In this document: one piece after another, positions 46,772 through 57,077 of the stretch
Position numbering within the stretch: position 1 is the first letter of the stretch
Layout of the letters: the number at the start of each line of letters is the position of its first letter
NCBI GenBank assembly: GCA_031384385.1
Contig: JANNAN010000007.1
Coordinates: 10,236-74,235, forward strand
Direction of reading: 5' to 3'
Source: Candidatus Tayloriibacteriota bacterium
Lineage (GTDB): Bacteria > Patescibacteriota > Minisyncoccia > Phycocordibacterales > PALSA-1337
DNA length: 64,000 nt
The notes under the pieces: model-generated
Databases searched by the model: none
Seen by the model: the letters and a program-made list of their open reading frames with translations, nothing else
Told to the model about the DNA's origin: nothing
Program-made: the position numbers and the translations under genes

Positions 46772-47620
46772 TTATCTTAGTTCATAATAATTAATTTCAC
46801 TTTTTCCTTCTGGAATTATTTTCTCAATAATTAATTTATTATCTTTAAATGAAGCTTTTGTTATTTTTATTCTAGTTTTGATACCATTCTTTTCAATGAA
46901 GAAAAATGCAGAAGGCCATCCCTCGTAGGCTTGAATTTTTAAATAGTTTTTATAATCATCATTTTTTAAATCAATTAGACCATCATTTTTCTCAATCATT
47001 TTTGTATAAGTAGCTTGTGTATGATCTTGTTCAATTTCTTTTAATTTGCCATCTATCCAGTCAGGAAGTATTGATATTAGTAAATCAGCTCCAACATTTA
47101 CCAATTCTTTTCCTAATGTATCTGCCGTAGGTGGCCAAGGTTCAAATGTAACTTCTTTTTGTACTAATATCGGACCATGATCCATTTCATTGTCCATTCT
47201 CATAATGGTTATTCCTGTAGTTTTTTCATCATTCAAAATGGCAGTTTCAATCGGACATGAACCTCTTAATTTTGGCAAAAGAGAAGCGTGAATATTCAAT
47301 GATTTTGTTTTTGGAATATTTAAAATTTCATTTGGGATTATTTTTCCATAAGCAATAACTACGAATACATCAGCATTGTGATTTTTTAATGTTTTAAATA
47401 ATTCCTCATCCTTTAACTTTTCTGGTTGATAGACTGGTATTTTATTTGCATTAGCCCATATTTTTGCTGGCGGGGGAGTTAATAGCATTTTTCTCCCACT
47501 TGGTCGATCAGGCATAGTTACAATAAAAACAATATCATAACCAGCTGTATTTAACTTTTCTAAGGTCATTACTGAATATTCTGATGTTCCAAAAAATCCT
47601 ATTTTAATTTTGTTTTTCAT
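46772..47620 (-). CDS. fmt: Methionyl-tRNA formyltransferase
   Basis: N-terminal formyltransferase domain with HASLLPKLRG (SLLPxxRG) and the catalytic N/H/D context. Lies downstream of def. Confidence 0.9.
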   Translation of the reverse strand: MKNKIKIGFFGTSEYSVMTLEKLNTAGYDIVFIVTMPDRPSGRKMLLTPPPAKIWANANKIPVYQPEKLKDEELFKTLKNHNADVFVVIAYGKIIPNEILNIPKTKSLNIHASLLPKLRGSCPIETAILNDEKTTGITIMRMDNEMDHGPILVQKEVTFEPWPPTADTLGKELVNVGADLLISILPDWIDGKLKEIEQDHTQATYTKMIEKNDGLIDLKNDDYKNYLKIQAYEGWPSAFFFIEKNGIKTRIKITKASFKDNKLIIEKIIPEGKSEINYYELR

Positions 47621-47722
47621 AGTTTGTCATTCGAAAGGTTTAGATAAATTGTGGTGAGGAGGTTCTTTTATTTTCCTAGCTTGCGTAGAAAATGAAAGAA
47701 GCCTCCGAGCACAAGTAATTTA

Positions 47723-48244
47723 TCAAACCTTTCCTAAACTTTCTGGTGGAATGTCTTCAACATCTGTGGCCTTATCAATAAATAGTACACCATCAAGATG
47801 ATCCGTTTCATGTTGGAAAATTTGAGCAAGTAAACCACTAGCACCACGCTCAACAATTTCTCCTAACTCATTATAACCTTTCACTGTTGCTTTTATGGAT
47901 CTATTAACTTTTCCATATTTCCAACGAACAGAAAGACATCCTTCCTCAACAGAATGTTTTTCTTTCGAAAGCTTACTAATTTCTGGATTAATAAAAATTA
48001 AATCTTTACCAATGCTCCTATATTCTTTATCAGCTTCGCATAAAATATTATCAGAAACAATAAAAATTCTTAGTGGAACACCAATTTGAGGTGCAGCAAT
48101 AGCAACTCCATCTTTTTGACTATCTAAGGCAATTTTCATATTAAAAAGAATCTTCTGAATCTTTTTTGACTTTATATCCTTTGTGGATACTGTTTGAGCA
48201 CATTCTCTCAATACAGGATCACTTTGTTGAACTATATTTATCAT
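47723..48244 (-). CDS. def: Peptide deformylase
   Basis: Motifs GVAIAAPQIG, EGCLS and HETDHLDG. Confidence 0.92.
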   Translation of the reverse strand: MINIVQQSDPVLRECAQTVSTKDIKSKKIQKILFNMKIALDSQKDGVAIAAPQIGVPLRIFIVSDNILCEADKEYRSIGKDLIFINPEISKLSKEKHSVEEGCLSVRWKYGKVNRSIKATVKGYNELGEIVERGASGLLAQIFQHETDHLDGVLFIDKATDVEDIPPESLGKV

Positions 48245-48267
48245 AGTATTTTTATATTGAAAGATTA

Positions 48268-50184
48268 CTATAAAAGCGTCTCCGGGTCTACCTTCACAAT
48301 TACAGCAGGTGAAAGTGAACGGATTTTTTCAATTAAATTTTTATCTGGCCATTTTCCTTTTTGAAGACGAATCAAACCATGTAAAACTTGATTACCTCTA
48401 ACTGTTTGAGTAAAAGCTGGAAATACTTCAACCTCATAAGGATCTAGAGTATTTTGAACATTTTCCATTTCTTTAATTATTTCATTTTTCTTACCTTCAA
48501 GGGTTATTTTAATTAAATTTGAAAATGGCGGATAATTAAATTTTTCTCTTTCTGAAATTTCTCCTCTATAAAAATCACTCATATTTCCACTAAGACCATA
48601 TTTGAAAACTTTCTCATCAGATTTACGAGTTTGAACAATGAAATGTTTTGTTGTTAAAGAACGAATACGAATTAACATATATAAAATTTTTTCTTGAATT
48701 CTAAAATCCGGTAAAGAGAAAAGAGAATCAAGAGAAATAATTGCAGAATTTTCTACCTTTTCGTGAAGATATTGAAGTATCATTTCAGTGCCGATTAGGA
48801 TACTTCCGGGCTTTGCTTTGAATTCTCTCACTATTTCTTTTGCAGTTTTATTTGCATTTTCTTTTTTCAATAGAGTATCTGAATCTAATTGAAAAATATT
48901 TATATCTGGAAATTTATCTTTTATTTTTTCAATTACCAAATCAATTCCAATTCCTACAACTCCCAATTTCCAACTCCCACAAATTTTGCAGTATTCTTCT
49001 GTAGATCTTCTTTCTCCACAACGATGACACATAAAGAAATTTTTCTCACCATTTTCTCTTGAAGCATTATGTAGAACAACGGGTGAACTACAATTATTAC
49101 AAATAACAATATTTTGACAATCTCCACAAACTGTAGTTGGTGCAACACCCCTACGAGTAGCCAAAATTACCATGTGTTCACTTTCATTTTTTGTTCTATT
49201 TATTAATTTCTCGACTTCATCTGAAAGAATTTTAAAGCTAGTTTTTACAGCTGATTTATAAACTTTCATATCCACAAGTTCATCTTTTGCTGTACTTAGT
49301 GAGCGAAATTTAAATGGAGAAGCTTGAATAATTTCACCTTGATTTTCTCTATATAGTGTTTCTACTCTTAAAAAATTATCTGCAAAAAATATTTTTATTC
49401 CAAGTTTATCTGCAAGTGTTTCTGTAATTTGTCTAATGTCCAAATATGGTCTTCTTTGGATTTTGTAATTCTTACTACTTTCTCTTTCAACTACTATCGT
49501 TTCAATATCTGTGCGGGGAATAGAAAGAAAACCTCCAGTGATGATTATTATAACAGGATGTTCTTCTTGTATTATATTATTCCAAGTTTCAATTATCTTT
49601 TTGGGTTTTAATGAACCATTTAAAATAAAAGCATAACCCTCAATTCCTTTTTCAAGTATTTCAAAAGCTCTTTCCGTATCTTCAATTGTTGGCATTATGA
49701 AAAGTAAAGATCTTTTCTTTGCAAATTCTTGCCTAATTAAACTTTTCCAAGTTCCATATCGCTCTTCATCATCTCCTTGAACTGCATATTTTTCTTGAAC
49801 AGTTTTAATTTCAACTTTTTCTTCAACTTTATTTACTTTTAATTTATTTGTATTTTTTAAAATATATTCAGGAACAAGTACATCGATAATTGCACCCATA
49901 CTAGTAGCGTAATAGTCGGCAGTCTCTTTTACCATTTCCATAAATGCTCTTGAGAAAAACTCAGTACTTTTTATTGTATCTATTTTTTTTAAAGTAAAGC
50001 TGGCATTTTTAATTTCACTTTTCATATCTTCAGCTTTTTTAATTGAAAGAACAATTCCATGCACCTTCTTATTTCGTAAGGGAATATCAACAATAGCACC
50101 AATAGGTACTTCTTTTGAAGTGAAGTAGGAAAGGGTATCGGTTCCAATACCACGGCTTATGGGAATTACCTCGATGATGTTCAT
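48268..50184 (-). CDS. priA: Primosomal protein N' (replication restart helicase PriA)
   Basis: An N-terminal 3'-DNA-binding domain, an SF2 helicase core, and a Cys-rich zinc-binding insert (CGDCQNIVICNNCSSP...CHRCG...CKICGS). Confidence 0.85.
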   Translation of the reverse strand: MNIIEVIPISRGIGTDTLSYFTSKEVPIGAIVDIPLRNKKVHGIVLSIKKAEDMKSEIKNASFTLKKIDTIKSTEFFSRAFMEMVKETADYYATSMGAIIDVLVPEYILKNTNKLKVNKVEEKVEIKTVQEKYAVQGDDEERYGTWKSLIRQEFAKKRSLLFIMPTIEDTERAFEILEKGIEGYAFILNGSLKPKKIIETWNNIIQEEHPVIIIITGGFLSIPRTDIETIVVERESSKNYKIQRRPYLDIRQITETLADKLGIKIFFADNFLRVETLYRENQGEIIQASPFKFRSLSTAKDELVDMKVYKSAVKTSFKILSDEVEKLINRTKNESEHMVILATRRGVAPTTVCGDCQNIVICNNCSSPVVLHNASRENGEKNFFMCHRCGERRSTEEYCKICGSWKLGVVGIGIDLVIEKIKDKFPDINIFQLDSDTLLKKENANKTAKEIVREFKAKPGSILIGTEMILQYLHEKVENSAIISLDSLFSLPDFRIQEKILYMLIRIRSLTTKHFIVQTRKSDEKVFKYGLSGNMSDFYRGEISEREKFNYPPFSNLIKITLEGKKNEIIKEMENVQNTLDPYEVEVFPAFTQTVRGNQVLHGLIRLQKGKWPDKNLIEKIRSLSPAVIVKVDPETLL

Positions 50185-50222
50185 TCCTTATTTATAGCCT
50201 ATTTTAAGGGTTTTTATTAGAG

Positions 50223-50252
50223 TTGACAGGACAGTGTCCAGTGTGCTATAAT
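50223..50252 (+). promoter_or_regulatory. Sigma70-like promoter TTGACA-N18-TATAAT with an extended -10 (TGTGCTATAAT). Near-duplicate of the 6233-6262 promoter.
   Basis: TTGACAGGACAGTGTCCAGTGTGCTATAATA vs TTGACAAGGGTAGGTTTGATGTGCTATAATA. Confidence 0.5.
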
Positions 50253-50373
50253 AATATTGTTAAGTACATTGAAATAGTGATAAGTATTTGTTGGGGCTTC
50301 TAGTATATTTCAAAGCAAGTATATTAAAAGCCCTTACAAATACCAATTCCGGTTTTGTGTGTGGATTTAGATT

Positions 50374-50649
50374 ATGAAAAACACAATCATCCTCAGTTGT
50401 CTCTTGTTGGTCGTCACTCTTGCTTTAACCGCTTGCACCGAACAACAGCGGGCCAGGGAATTTGGTGGCAGCGCAACAGTTGAACTCCCTGCTGGCAGGA
50501 AACTCGTTACTGCGACATGGAAAGCAGATCATCTTTGGTATCTCACTCGTCAGATGCACACAAATGAGATTGCTGAAGAGTATGAATTCAGGGAATCCAG
50601 TTCGTTTGGACTCATTGAAGGAAAGGTGGTTTTCAAGGAGAAAAAATAA
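50374..50649 (+). CDS. Small lipoprotein (91 aa), GC-rich
   Basis: Signal peptide with a lipobox LTAC. High GC. Strong terminator downstream. Confidence 0.5.
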   Translation: MKNTIILSCLLLVVTLALTACTEQQRAREFGGSATVELPAGRKLVTATWKADHLWYLTRQMHTNEIAEEYEFRESSSFGLIEGKVVFKEKK

Positions 50650-50683
50650 CCCCATACAGCCTCCCGACCTCTCGCAGGTCCCG

Positions 50684-50730
50684 CCCGCTTCAAAAAAGAC
50701 TCGCTGTCTTCATGAAGCGGGTTTTTTATT
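50684..50730 (+). terminator. Rho-independent terminator (CCCGCTTCA...TGAAGCGGG stem followed by TTTTTTATTTG)
   Basis: A perfect 9-bp GC-rich stem followed by a T6 tract. Confidence 0.7.
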
Positions 50731-50936
50731 TGTCTAAAATATCACAACACAAAATTTAAATAATTATAATTGTTTTTATTTTTATAAATGAGAAAATTAA
50801 TTAATAAATTTTACTAATTATTAATTTAAATAAATAAAAATATGAATAATGTACTTATAAAAATAGAAAAAGATTTGGATTCAATTAAAAAGTATAAATT
50901 TGTAAATCTCCTCTTAAACAAGTACAATATAAATCA

Positions 50937-52247
50937 ATGAAAAATGACTCATTTATCATAGAAGGCTTAGGGGGTGAAAAATCATTAAATGGTGAAATAT
51001 CTGTTTTTGGTGCAAAAAATGCTGTATTGAAGGCAATGGCAGCTACTATTCTTTTTTCTGATATTGTAAAACTTGAAAATGTTCCTGATACAGAAGATGT
51101 TAAAAAAATGAATATTTTACTCGAAAAGTTGGGTGCGAAAATCACACATCTTGATCATACTGTTGAAATCGATACAAAAAATATAAATATTTCAAATCTG
51201 GATGAGAGCCTTGCGCAAAGTATGCGAGCTTCAGTAGTTTTGACTGGCCCATTACTTGCGAGATTTGGTAAAACATCTTTTCCAGCTCCTGGTGGTTGTG
51301 TTATCGGCACAAGACCAATCGATCTTTTTATTGAAGGATATAAAAAAATGGGAGCAAAAATCGAATTGAAAGAGGATACATATTTCATGACTACTTTAAA
51401 TGATAAATTGAAAGGTGCTGAAATATTTTTTAATATTCAAACGGTTGGTGGAACAGAAACATTAATGATGGCAGCGGTGCTTGCAGATGGAAAAACAATT
51501 CTGAAGAATTGTGCAATGGAGCCTGAAATAGTTTCAGTTGCTGAATATTTGAATTCTTGTGGTGCTCAAATAAAAGGTGCTGGAACTTCCACAATAGAAA
51601 TTATTGGTGGAAAATTATTGGAATCAAAAGGAAAGCCATATATAACAGTACCAGATCGTATTGAAGCTGGGAGTTTTCTTATTTTGGGTGCTTTGTGTGC
51701 TGATAATTTAAAAATTAAAAATTGTAATCCACTTCACTTGGAATCTGTAATTAATTTATTAAGAGAATCAGGCGTAAGTATTTACACAAGTGAAAATTCA
51801 ATAGAAATTAAAAATAATGGAAAAGTAAAAAATTCTGCATTTAAAAGTTTTAATGTTAGAACACATGAATACCCAGGATTTCCAACTGATCTTCAAGCAC
51901 CAATAGTTACTTTTTTAACTCAAGCTACTGGTGAAAGTATTGTTCTTGAAACTATTTATGAAGGACGATTCAAATTTATTCAAAATTTAATTAAATTAGG
52001 AGCTGAAATTACATCTATGAATCCTCGTGAAATATTAATTCATGGAAATACAAATTTTAAAAATGTTAATGGAGAAAATCTTGAAGCATTCGATATAAGA
52101 GCGGGTTTTGCTACTATCATTGCTTCGTTACTTGCAAAGGGTACATCAGTTGTGAATAATGTGTATTATATAGACAGGGGATATGAAAATATTGAAGGAA
52201 GACTTAATTCTATTGGCACAAAAATAGTTCGTAAGAATATTTGTTAA
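50937..52247 (+). CDS. murA: UDP-N-acetylglucosamine 1-carboxyvinyltransferase
   Basis: EPSP-synthase fold, N-terminal GGEKSLNGEISVFGAKNA, and an active-site Cys context (PGGCVIGTRPIDL). Confidence 0.9.
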   Translation: MKNDSFIIEGLGGEKSLNGEISVFGAKNAVLKAMAATILFSDIVKLENVPDTEDVKKMNILLEKLGAKITHLDHTVEIDTKNINISNLDESLAQSMRASVVLTGPLLARFGKTSFPAPGGCVIGTRPIDLFIEGYKKMGAKIELKEDTYFMTTLNDKLKGAEIFFNIQTVGGTETLMMAAVLADGKTILKNCAMEPEIVSVAEYLNSCGAQIKGAGTSTIEIIGGKLLESKGKPYITVPDRIEAGSFLILGALCADNLKIKNCNPLHLESVINLLRESGVSIYTSENSIEIKNNGKVKNSAFKSFNVRTHEYPGFPTDLQAPIVTFLTQATGESIVLETIYEGRFKFIQNLIKLGAEITSMNPREILIHGNTNFKNVNGENLEAFDIRAGFATIIASLLAKGTSVVNNVYYIDRGYENIEGRLNSIGTKIVRKNIC

Positions 52248-52252
52248 ATTAA

Positions 52253-53266
52253 ATGAAATTCTTTTCACAAAAACTCGGCATAGATTTGGGAACTGCGAAT
52301 ACGCTAGTTTTTCTTCCTGGAAAGGGAATTGTTTTGAATGAGCCATCTGTTGTTGCTGTTTCTGAACAAGATAAAAAAGTTCTTGCAGTAGGTTTTGAAG
52401 CAAAGGAAATGATTGGAAGAACTCCAGATAATATTATTGCTTATCGTCCAATGCGTGATGGTGTGATAGCAGATTATAGAGTTACAGAGGCAATGCTTAG
52501 ATATTTTATAAATAAAGCTTTGGGAACTTGGAATATTTTTAAGCCTGAAGTTATGGTTTCTGTACCGGCTGGGATTACTTCTACAGAGAGAAGGGCTGTT
52601 ATTGAGGCCACTATTCGTGCTGGAGCTAGAAATGCTTATGTTGTAAAAGAGCCCATTCTTGCTGCTATTGGTGCTGGAATTTCTATTCAAGAAGCTTGCG
52701 GGCATATGATTGTGGATATTGGCGGTGGAACAACAGATGTTGCTGTGATTTCTCTTGGGGGTATTGTGGCTTCAACATCAGTGAAATGTGCTGGAAGTAA
52801 AATTGATGCAGCGATTACGGATTATATTAAAAAGACTTTCAATTTAGCGATTGGTGATAAGACTGCAGAGGATATAAAAATTAAAATAGGATCGGCAATT
52901 CCACTTGAAGAAGAACTTTCTATGCAAGTAAAGGGTCGTGATTTTATATCTGGACTTCCTCGTTCAACTGAAGTTAAGACAAATGAAATTGTAAAAGCTA
53001 TTTCAAAAGAACTTAGAGATATGATAAAAGCAATTAAAGATGTACTTCAAGAAACTCCACCAGAACTTTCTTCAGATATTATTGATCAAGGTATAATTAT
53101 GACAGGTGGTTCATCAATGCTTCGTAATCTTCCAGAGTTGGTTTTTCGTCGAACTGGTGTAAAGGCTCGTCTTGCTGATGATGCATTGTTCTGTGTGGCA
53201 AAGGGAACAGGAATTGCACTTGAACATTTGGATACATATAAGAAGAGTATAATTAGTAAGAGGTAA
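52253..53266 (+). CDS. mreB: Rod-shape determining actin homolog MreB (copy 1)
   Basis: LGIDLGTANTLVF phosphate-1 motif, DIGGGTTD and the C-terminal adenosine motif. Confidence 0.9.
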   Translation: MKFFSQKLGIDLGTANTLVFLPGKGIVLNEPSVVAVSEQDKKVLAVGFEAKEMIGRTPDNIIAYRPMRDGVIADYRVTEAMLRYFINKALGTWNIFKPEVMVSVPAGITSTERRAVIEATIRAGARNAYVVKEPILAAIGAGISIQEACGHMIVDIGGGTTDVAVISLGGIVASTSVKCAGSKIDAAITDYIKKTFNLAIGDKTAEDIKIKIGSAIPLEEELSMQVKGRDFISGLPRSTEVKTNEIVKAISKELRDMIKAIKDVLQETPPELSSDIIDQGIIMTGGSSMLRNLPELVFRRTGVKARLADDALFCVAKGTGIALEHLDTYKKSIISKR

Positions 53267-53288
53267 GGCTGGGTGTATAATATAGTCT

Positions 53289-53966
53289 ATGAACCCATTC
53301 CAATTCCTAAAATCTCTAGACCATCATGCCTACTTTATTTATTCTTCTAAAGATGATGTAGAGAAGCTAAAAGAATATCTAAAAGATAAATTTGGAATTT
53401 CATATATTCAAAATCCTGATTTTTATTATGAAAAATTTGAAACTCTTGGTATTGATGAAAGTAGAAAAATAAAAGAAAATCATTTATCAAAAAGTTTTAA
53501 GGAGGGTGATAAAAGAATGTTTATTATTAAAACATCAAATATTACTCATGAAGCACAAAATGCTTTACTTAAAATTTTCGAAGAACCACACGAGGATAGT
53601 CATTTTTTCTTAATAATGCCATCATCAGAAGTTCTTTTGCCGACTCTGCTCTCTCGTCTTTTGATTATTCAAAAAAGTAAAGATACGGATGATTTACAAG
53701 TCTTAAAAAATGCTGAAGACTTTTTAAAATTTTCCAAAAAAGAGAAAATAGATTTTGTCGATGATTTGGCAAAGAGAATTAGTGACGAAAAAGTCAATAA
53801 ATCTGATGCGCAAGAATTTCTTACTTCATTAGAAATCATTTTATATAAAAAAGAAGGATTAAAAAATCCTCAAAGAATAACGGCTGTTTTGAAAGCTAAG
53901 GATTATTTGAATGATAGATCACCATCAATAAAGCAATTATTAGAATATGTTGCGTTGAATCTATAG
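53289..53966 (+). CDS. holB: DNA polymerase III clamp-loader delta' subunit-like (short)
   Basis: EAQNALLKIFEEP and LPTLLSRL, the sensor/SRC-like motifs of clamp-loader delta'. Confidence 0.65.
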   Translation: MNPFQFLKSLDHHAYFIYSSKDDVEKLKEYLKDKFGISYIQNPDFYYEKFETLGIDESRKIKENHLSKSFKEGDKRMFIIKTSNITHEAQNALLKIFEEPHEDSHFFLIMPSSEVLLPTLLSRLLIIQKSKDTDDLQVLKNAEDFLKFSKKEKIDFVDDLAKRISDEKVNKSDAQEFLTSLEIILYKKEGLKNPQRITAVLKAKDYLNDRSPSIKQLLEYVALNL

Positions 53967-54088
53967 CTATAAAACTGTTGATAACTTTTTTGCAATTAAA
54001 TTTCAATTATTTTATATTTATGTATGTTGTGCTGACCATGATGATGCACATTACAAAAATTAGGAAAGGGGGTGACTTCTATCTGAAT

Positions 54089-54128
54089 GAGGGTTGACAC
54101 TTGTCAACCCTCTTTTTTATTTATTTTT
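54089..54128 (+). terminator. Rho-independent terminator (GAGGGTTGAC...GTCAACCCTC followed by a T-tract)
   Basis: A 10-bp stem followed by TTTTTTATTTATTTTTTT. Confidence 0.65.
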
Positions 54129-54152
54129 TTAATATGATATACTATCCATATT

Positions 54153-54704
54153 ATGGCATACGATTTTACAAAATTTAAGAAATCATTATCAGGTACTGAA
54201 GAGTGGATAAAGAAAGAGTTTTCAGTTATTAGAACAGGTCAAGCAAGTCCTATGTTACTTGATGGTATTAAGGTTGAATCTTATGGAGTTCCATCACCAT
54301 TGGTACAAGTTGGCTCTGTTATGACAGAAGGACCAAGAACTATTCGTATCGTTCCATTCGACAACTCTCTTTCAAAGGAAATAGAAAAAGCTATTACAAT
54401 AGCCAATCTTGGAGTATCAGTTTCTGTTGACGATAAAGGTTTGAGAGTTAATTTTCCAGAACTTACTTCAGAAAGTAGAGTTTCTATTGTTAAACTTGCA
54501 AAGGAAAAATTGGAAGATGGTAAAAAACAGATTCGATTACACAGAGATGATGCAATGAAGGATTTGAAAGCAAAAGAAAAGGCTGGTGGTATTGGAAAAG
54601 ATGAAGTATTTCGCCACGAAAAGGAAATTCAAAAATTTGTAGATGATGTGAACAAGAAGTTAGATGAAATTTATTTAAAAAAGGAAAAGGAAATAACACA
54701 ATAA
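54153..54704 (+). CDS. frr: Ribosome recycling factor
   Basis: 183 aa with the RRF pattern (LDGIKVE.YG...PL..V) and a C-terminal helical arm. Confidence 0.9.
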   Translation: MAYDFTKFKKSLSGTEEWIKKEFSVIRTGQASPMLLDGIKVESYGVPSPLVQVGSVMTEGPRTIRIVPFDNSLSKEIEKAITIANLGVSVSVDDKGLRVNFPELTSESRVSIVKLAKEKLEDGKKQIRLHRDDAMKDLKAKEKAGGIGKDEVFRHEKEIQKFVDDVNKKLDEIYLKKEKEITQ

Positions 54705-54712
54705 AATCATAA

Positions 54713-55792
54713 ATGATAAATACTATAATTTTCCTAATTGTTCTTGCTGTATTAATTTTTGTTCACGAATTAGGACATTTTTTGGTGGCTAAATGGTGTG
54801 GAATAAGAGTTGATGCTTTTGCTATTGGTTTTGGTCCTAAAATTTTTTCAAAACAGGTTGGCGAGGTTAAATATTCATTAAATTTAATTCCTTTTGGCGG
54901 ATATGTAAAAATCTTCGGTGAAAATCCAGAAGATGAATCAATTAACGGTCCAGACAAAGCAAGAAGTTTTATACATAAACCAAAGTGGCAACAAATTTCA
55001 GTTCTTTTTGCTGGAATATTTTTTAATTTTGTTTTTGCATGGTTCTTGATAGTGATTGCTTTTTCTTCTGGAGTTCCTGCATCTATTGATAGTTATCCAG
55101 AATATAAGGATTTAATGAAAAATCCAAATATTACAATTACCTTTGTAAATTCAGGTTCTCCTGCAGAAAAAGCTGGTTTAAAAGCTGGTGATAAAATAAT
55201 TGGCTCAAATACTCTCGCTGAGGTTCAAGAAAAAATAAATAGTAGCGGTACGGTTGGAATTGAATTAGTTTATTTAAGAAATAATATACAAGGAAAAGCA
55301 AAAGTTATTGCAGAAAAGGGAATTGTAGAAGGAAAGTATGCCATTGGAATCGCAATGGATAATGTAGCCACTTTACAATTACCAGTTCATAAAGCGATTG
55401 TTGAATCATTCAGACTTACTTATCATATGATTTCAGCTACAGTTATGGGTATCTATAATCTTATTTCTGGAATATTCAGTGGTACAGCAAAATTAGCATC
55501 CATAAGTGGCCCAGTTGGCATTGCTGGACTTATTGGTGATGCAGCAAAACTTGGATTTACTTATTTAATAATGTTTACTGCAATTATCTCTATAAATCTC
55601 GGAGTATTAAATTTAGTTTCATTTCCAGCTCTTGATGGTGGAAGAATATTTTTTGTAATTATTGAAACAATTATTCGTAAACAAATAAAACCTATCTTTG
55701 CGAATACGATAAATACAATTGGCTTTTTCTTACTCATTTTACTTATGGTTGTTGTGACTTATAGAGATATTGCAAAATTATTTGTGAAATAA
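54713..55792 (+). CDS. rseP: Site-2 protease, RseP/RasP family zinc metalloprotease with a PDZ domain
   Basis: HELGHFLVAK (HExxH), a PDZ segment, a second metal-ligand region LNLVSFPALDGGR, and TM helices. Confidence 0.85.
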   Translation: MINTIIFLIVLAVLIFVHELGHFLVAKWCGIRVDAFAIGFGPKIFSKQVGEVKYSLNLIPFGGYVKIFGENPEDESINGPDKARSFIHKPKWQQISVLFAGIFFNFVFAWFLIVIAFSSGVPASIDSYPEYKDLMKNPNITITFVNSGSPAEKAGLKAGDKIIGSNTLAEVQEKINSSGTVGIELVYLRNNIQGKAKVIAEKGIVEGKYAIGIAMDNVATLQLPVHKAIVESFRLTYHMISATVMGIYNLISGIFSGTAKLASISGPVGIAGLIGDAAKLGFTYLIMFTAIISINLGVLNLVSFPALDGGRIFFVIIETIIRKQIKPIFANTINTIGFFLLILLMVVVTYRDIAKLFVK

Positions 55793-55841
55793 GGAGTTTT
55801 CTTGTATTATTGTCACATTACCCATTTACTAAGGCATATTT

Positions 55842-57077
55842 ATGCGACAATCATTACTATTCACAAAAACTCGTAAAGATGCGCCAAAAGATGAAGTTTC
55901 AAAGAATGCTCAGCTATTGATTCGTGCAGGATTTGTTCACAAAGAAATGGCTGGAGTTTATTCGTATTTACCACTCGGTTTGCGTGTGATGAATAAAATT
56001 ATTGGAATTATTCGGGAAGAGATGAATGCCATTGATGGACAAGAACTTTCTCTAACTGCTTTGCAAGATAAAAATGTCTGGGAAAAATCTGGAAGATGGT
56101 CAGATGAAATTATCGATATCTGGTTTAAAACAGCTTTAAAAAATGGAACTGAAATCGGACTTGGTACAACGCATGAAGAAGAACTTACAAATCTTATGAA
56201 GGATTATGTTCATTCATACAGAGATCTTCCTGTTTATGCTTATCAATTCCAAACAAAATTTAGAAATGAAACTCGTGCAAAGTCTGGAATAATGAGATGT
56301 AGAGAATTCATTATGAAAGATCTATACTCTTTTAGTAAAGATCAAAAATCACATGATGATTATTATGAAAAAGTAAAGCAGTCATATATAAATATCTATA
56401 AAAAAGTTGGTCTTGGCGATAAGACTTATGTTACATTTTCTTCTGGTGGAACATTTTCTAAATATTCTCATGAATTTCAAACAATAACTGATGCTGGTGA
56501 GGATTCTATTTTTATTGATGAAAAGAAAAAGATTGCAATTAATAAAGAAGTTTTAAATGACGAAGTCCTAAAAGATTTGGAAGTTAATAGATCAGACTTA
56601 GTTGAAAAAAAGTCTGTTGAAGTCGGAAATATATTCAATTTGGGAACAAAATTTTCAGATGCATTGGACTTAACTTATTCTGATGAAAAAGATATCAAAC
56701 AAAAGGTAATTATGGGTAGCTATGGAATCGGTCCGGGAAGAGTTATGGGAACTATAGCTGAAGTTCTTTCGGACGATAAGGGTCTAGTATGGCCAGAAGC
56801 CGTTGCTCCATTTGCAATTCATTTAATTTCTATTGAAGATAAAGCAGGAAAGGTCAAGATTGAAGCAGATAAACTTTATGATAGATTGATAAAAAAAGGT
56901 ATTGATGTTCTTTATGATGATAGAGATGCTCGTCCCGGAGAAAAATTCGCAGACAGTGATTTAATTGGAATTCCAAAAAGAATTGTTATAAGTGAAAAAA
57001 CTATAGCGATAGACTCTATAGAAGTAAAAGATCGAATTACAGGGAATACGGAAATAATTAAAAATGAAAGAATTTAA
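55842..57077 (+). CDS. proS: Proline--tRNA ligase (compact form)
   Basis: A class II core with an N-terminus like bacterial ProRS (LLIRAGFVHKEMAGVYSYLPLGLRV) and a C-terminal anticodon-binding domain. Confidence 0.85.
   Translation: MRQSLLFTKTRKDAPKDEVSKNAQLLIRAGFVHKEMAGVYSYLPLGLRVMNKIIGIIREEMNAIDGQELSLTALQDKNVWEKSGRWSDEIIDIWFKTALKNGTEIGLGTTHEEELTNLMKDYVHSYRDLPVYAYQFQTKFRNETRAKSGIMRCREFIMKDLYSFSKDQKSHDDYYEKVKQSYINIYKKVGLGDKTYVTFSSGGTFSKYSHEFQTITDAGEDSIFIDEKKKIAINKEVLNDEVLKDLEVNRSDLVEKKSVEVGNIFNLGTKFSDALDLTYSDEKDIKQKVIMGSYGIGPGRVMGTIAEVLSDDKGLVWPEAVAPFAIHLISIEDKAGKVKIEADKLYDRLIKKGIDVLYDDRDARPGEKFADSDLIGIPKRIVISEKTIAIDSIEVKDRITGNTEIIKNERI

Noticed and set aside
50425-50737. Two ORFs (76 and 91 aa) overlapping the lipoprotein gene and its terminator
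   Set aside because: They overlap a better-supported signal-peptide lipoprotein ORF and run through the terminator hairpin.
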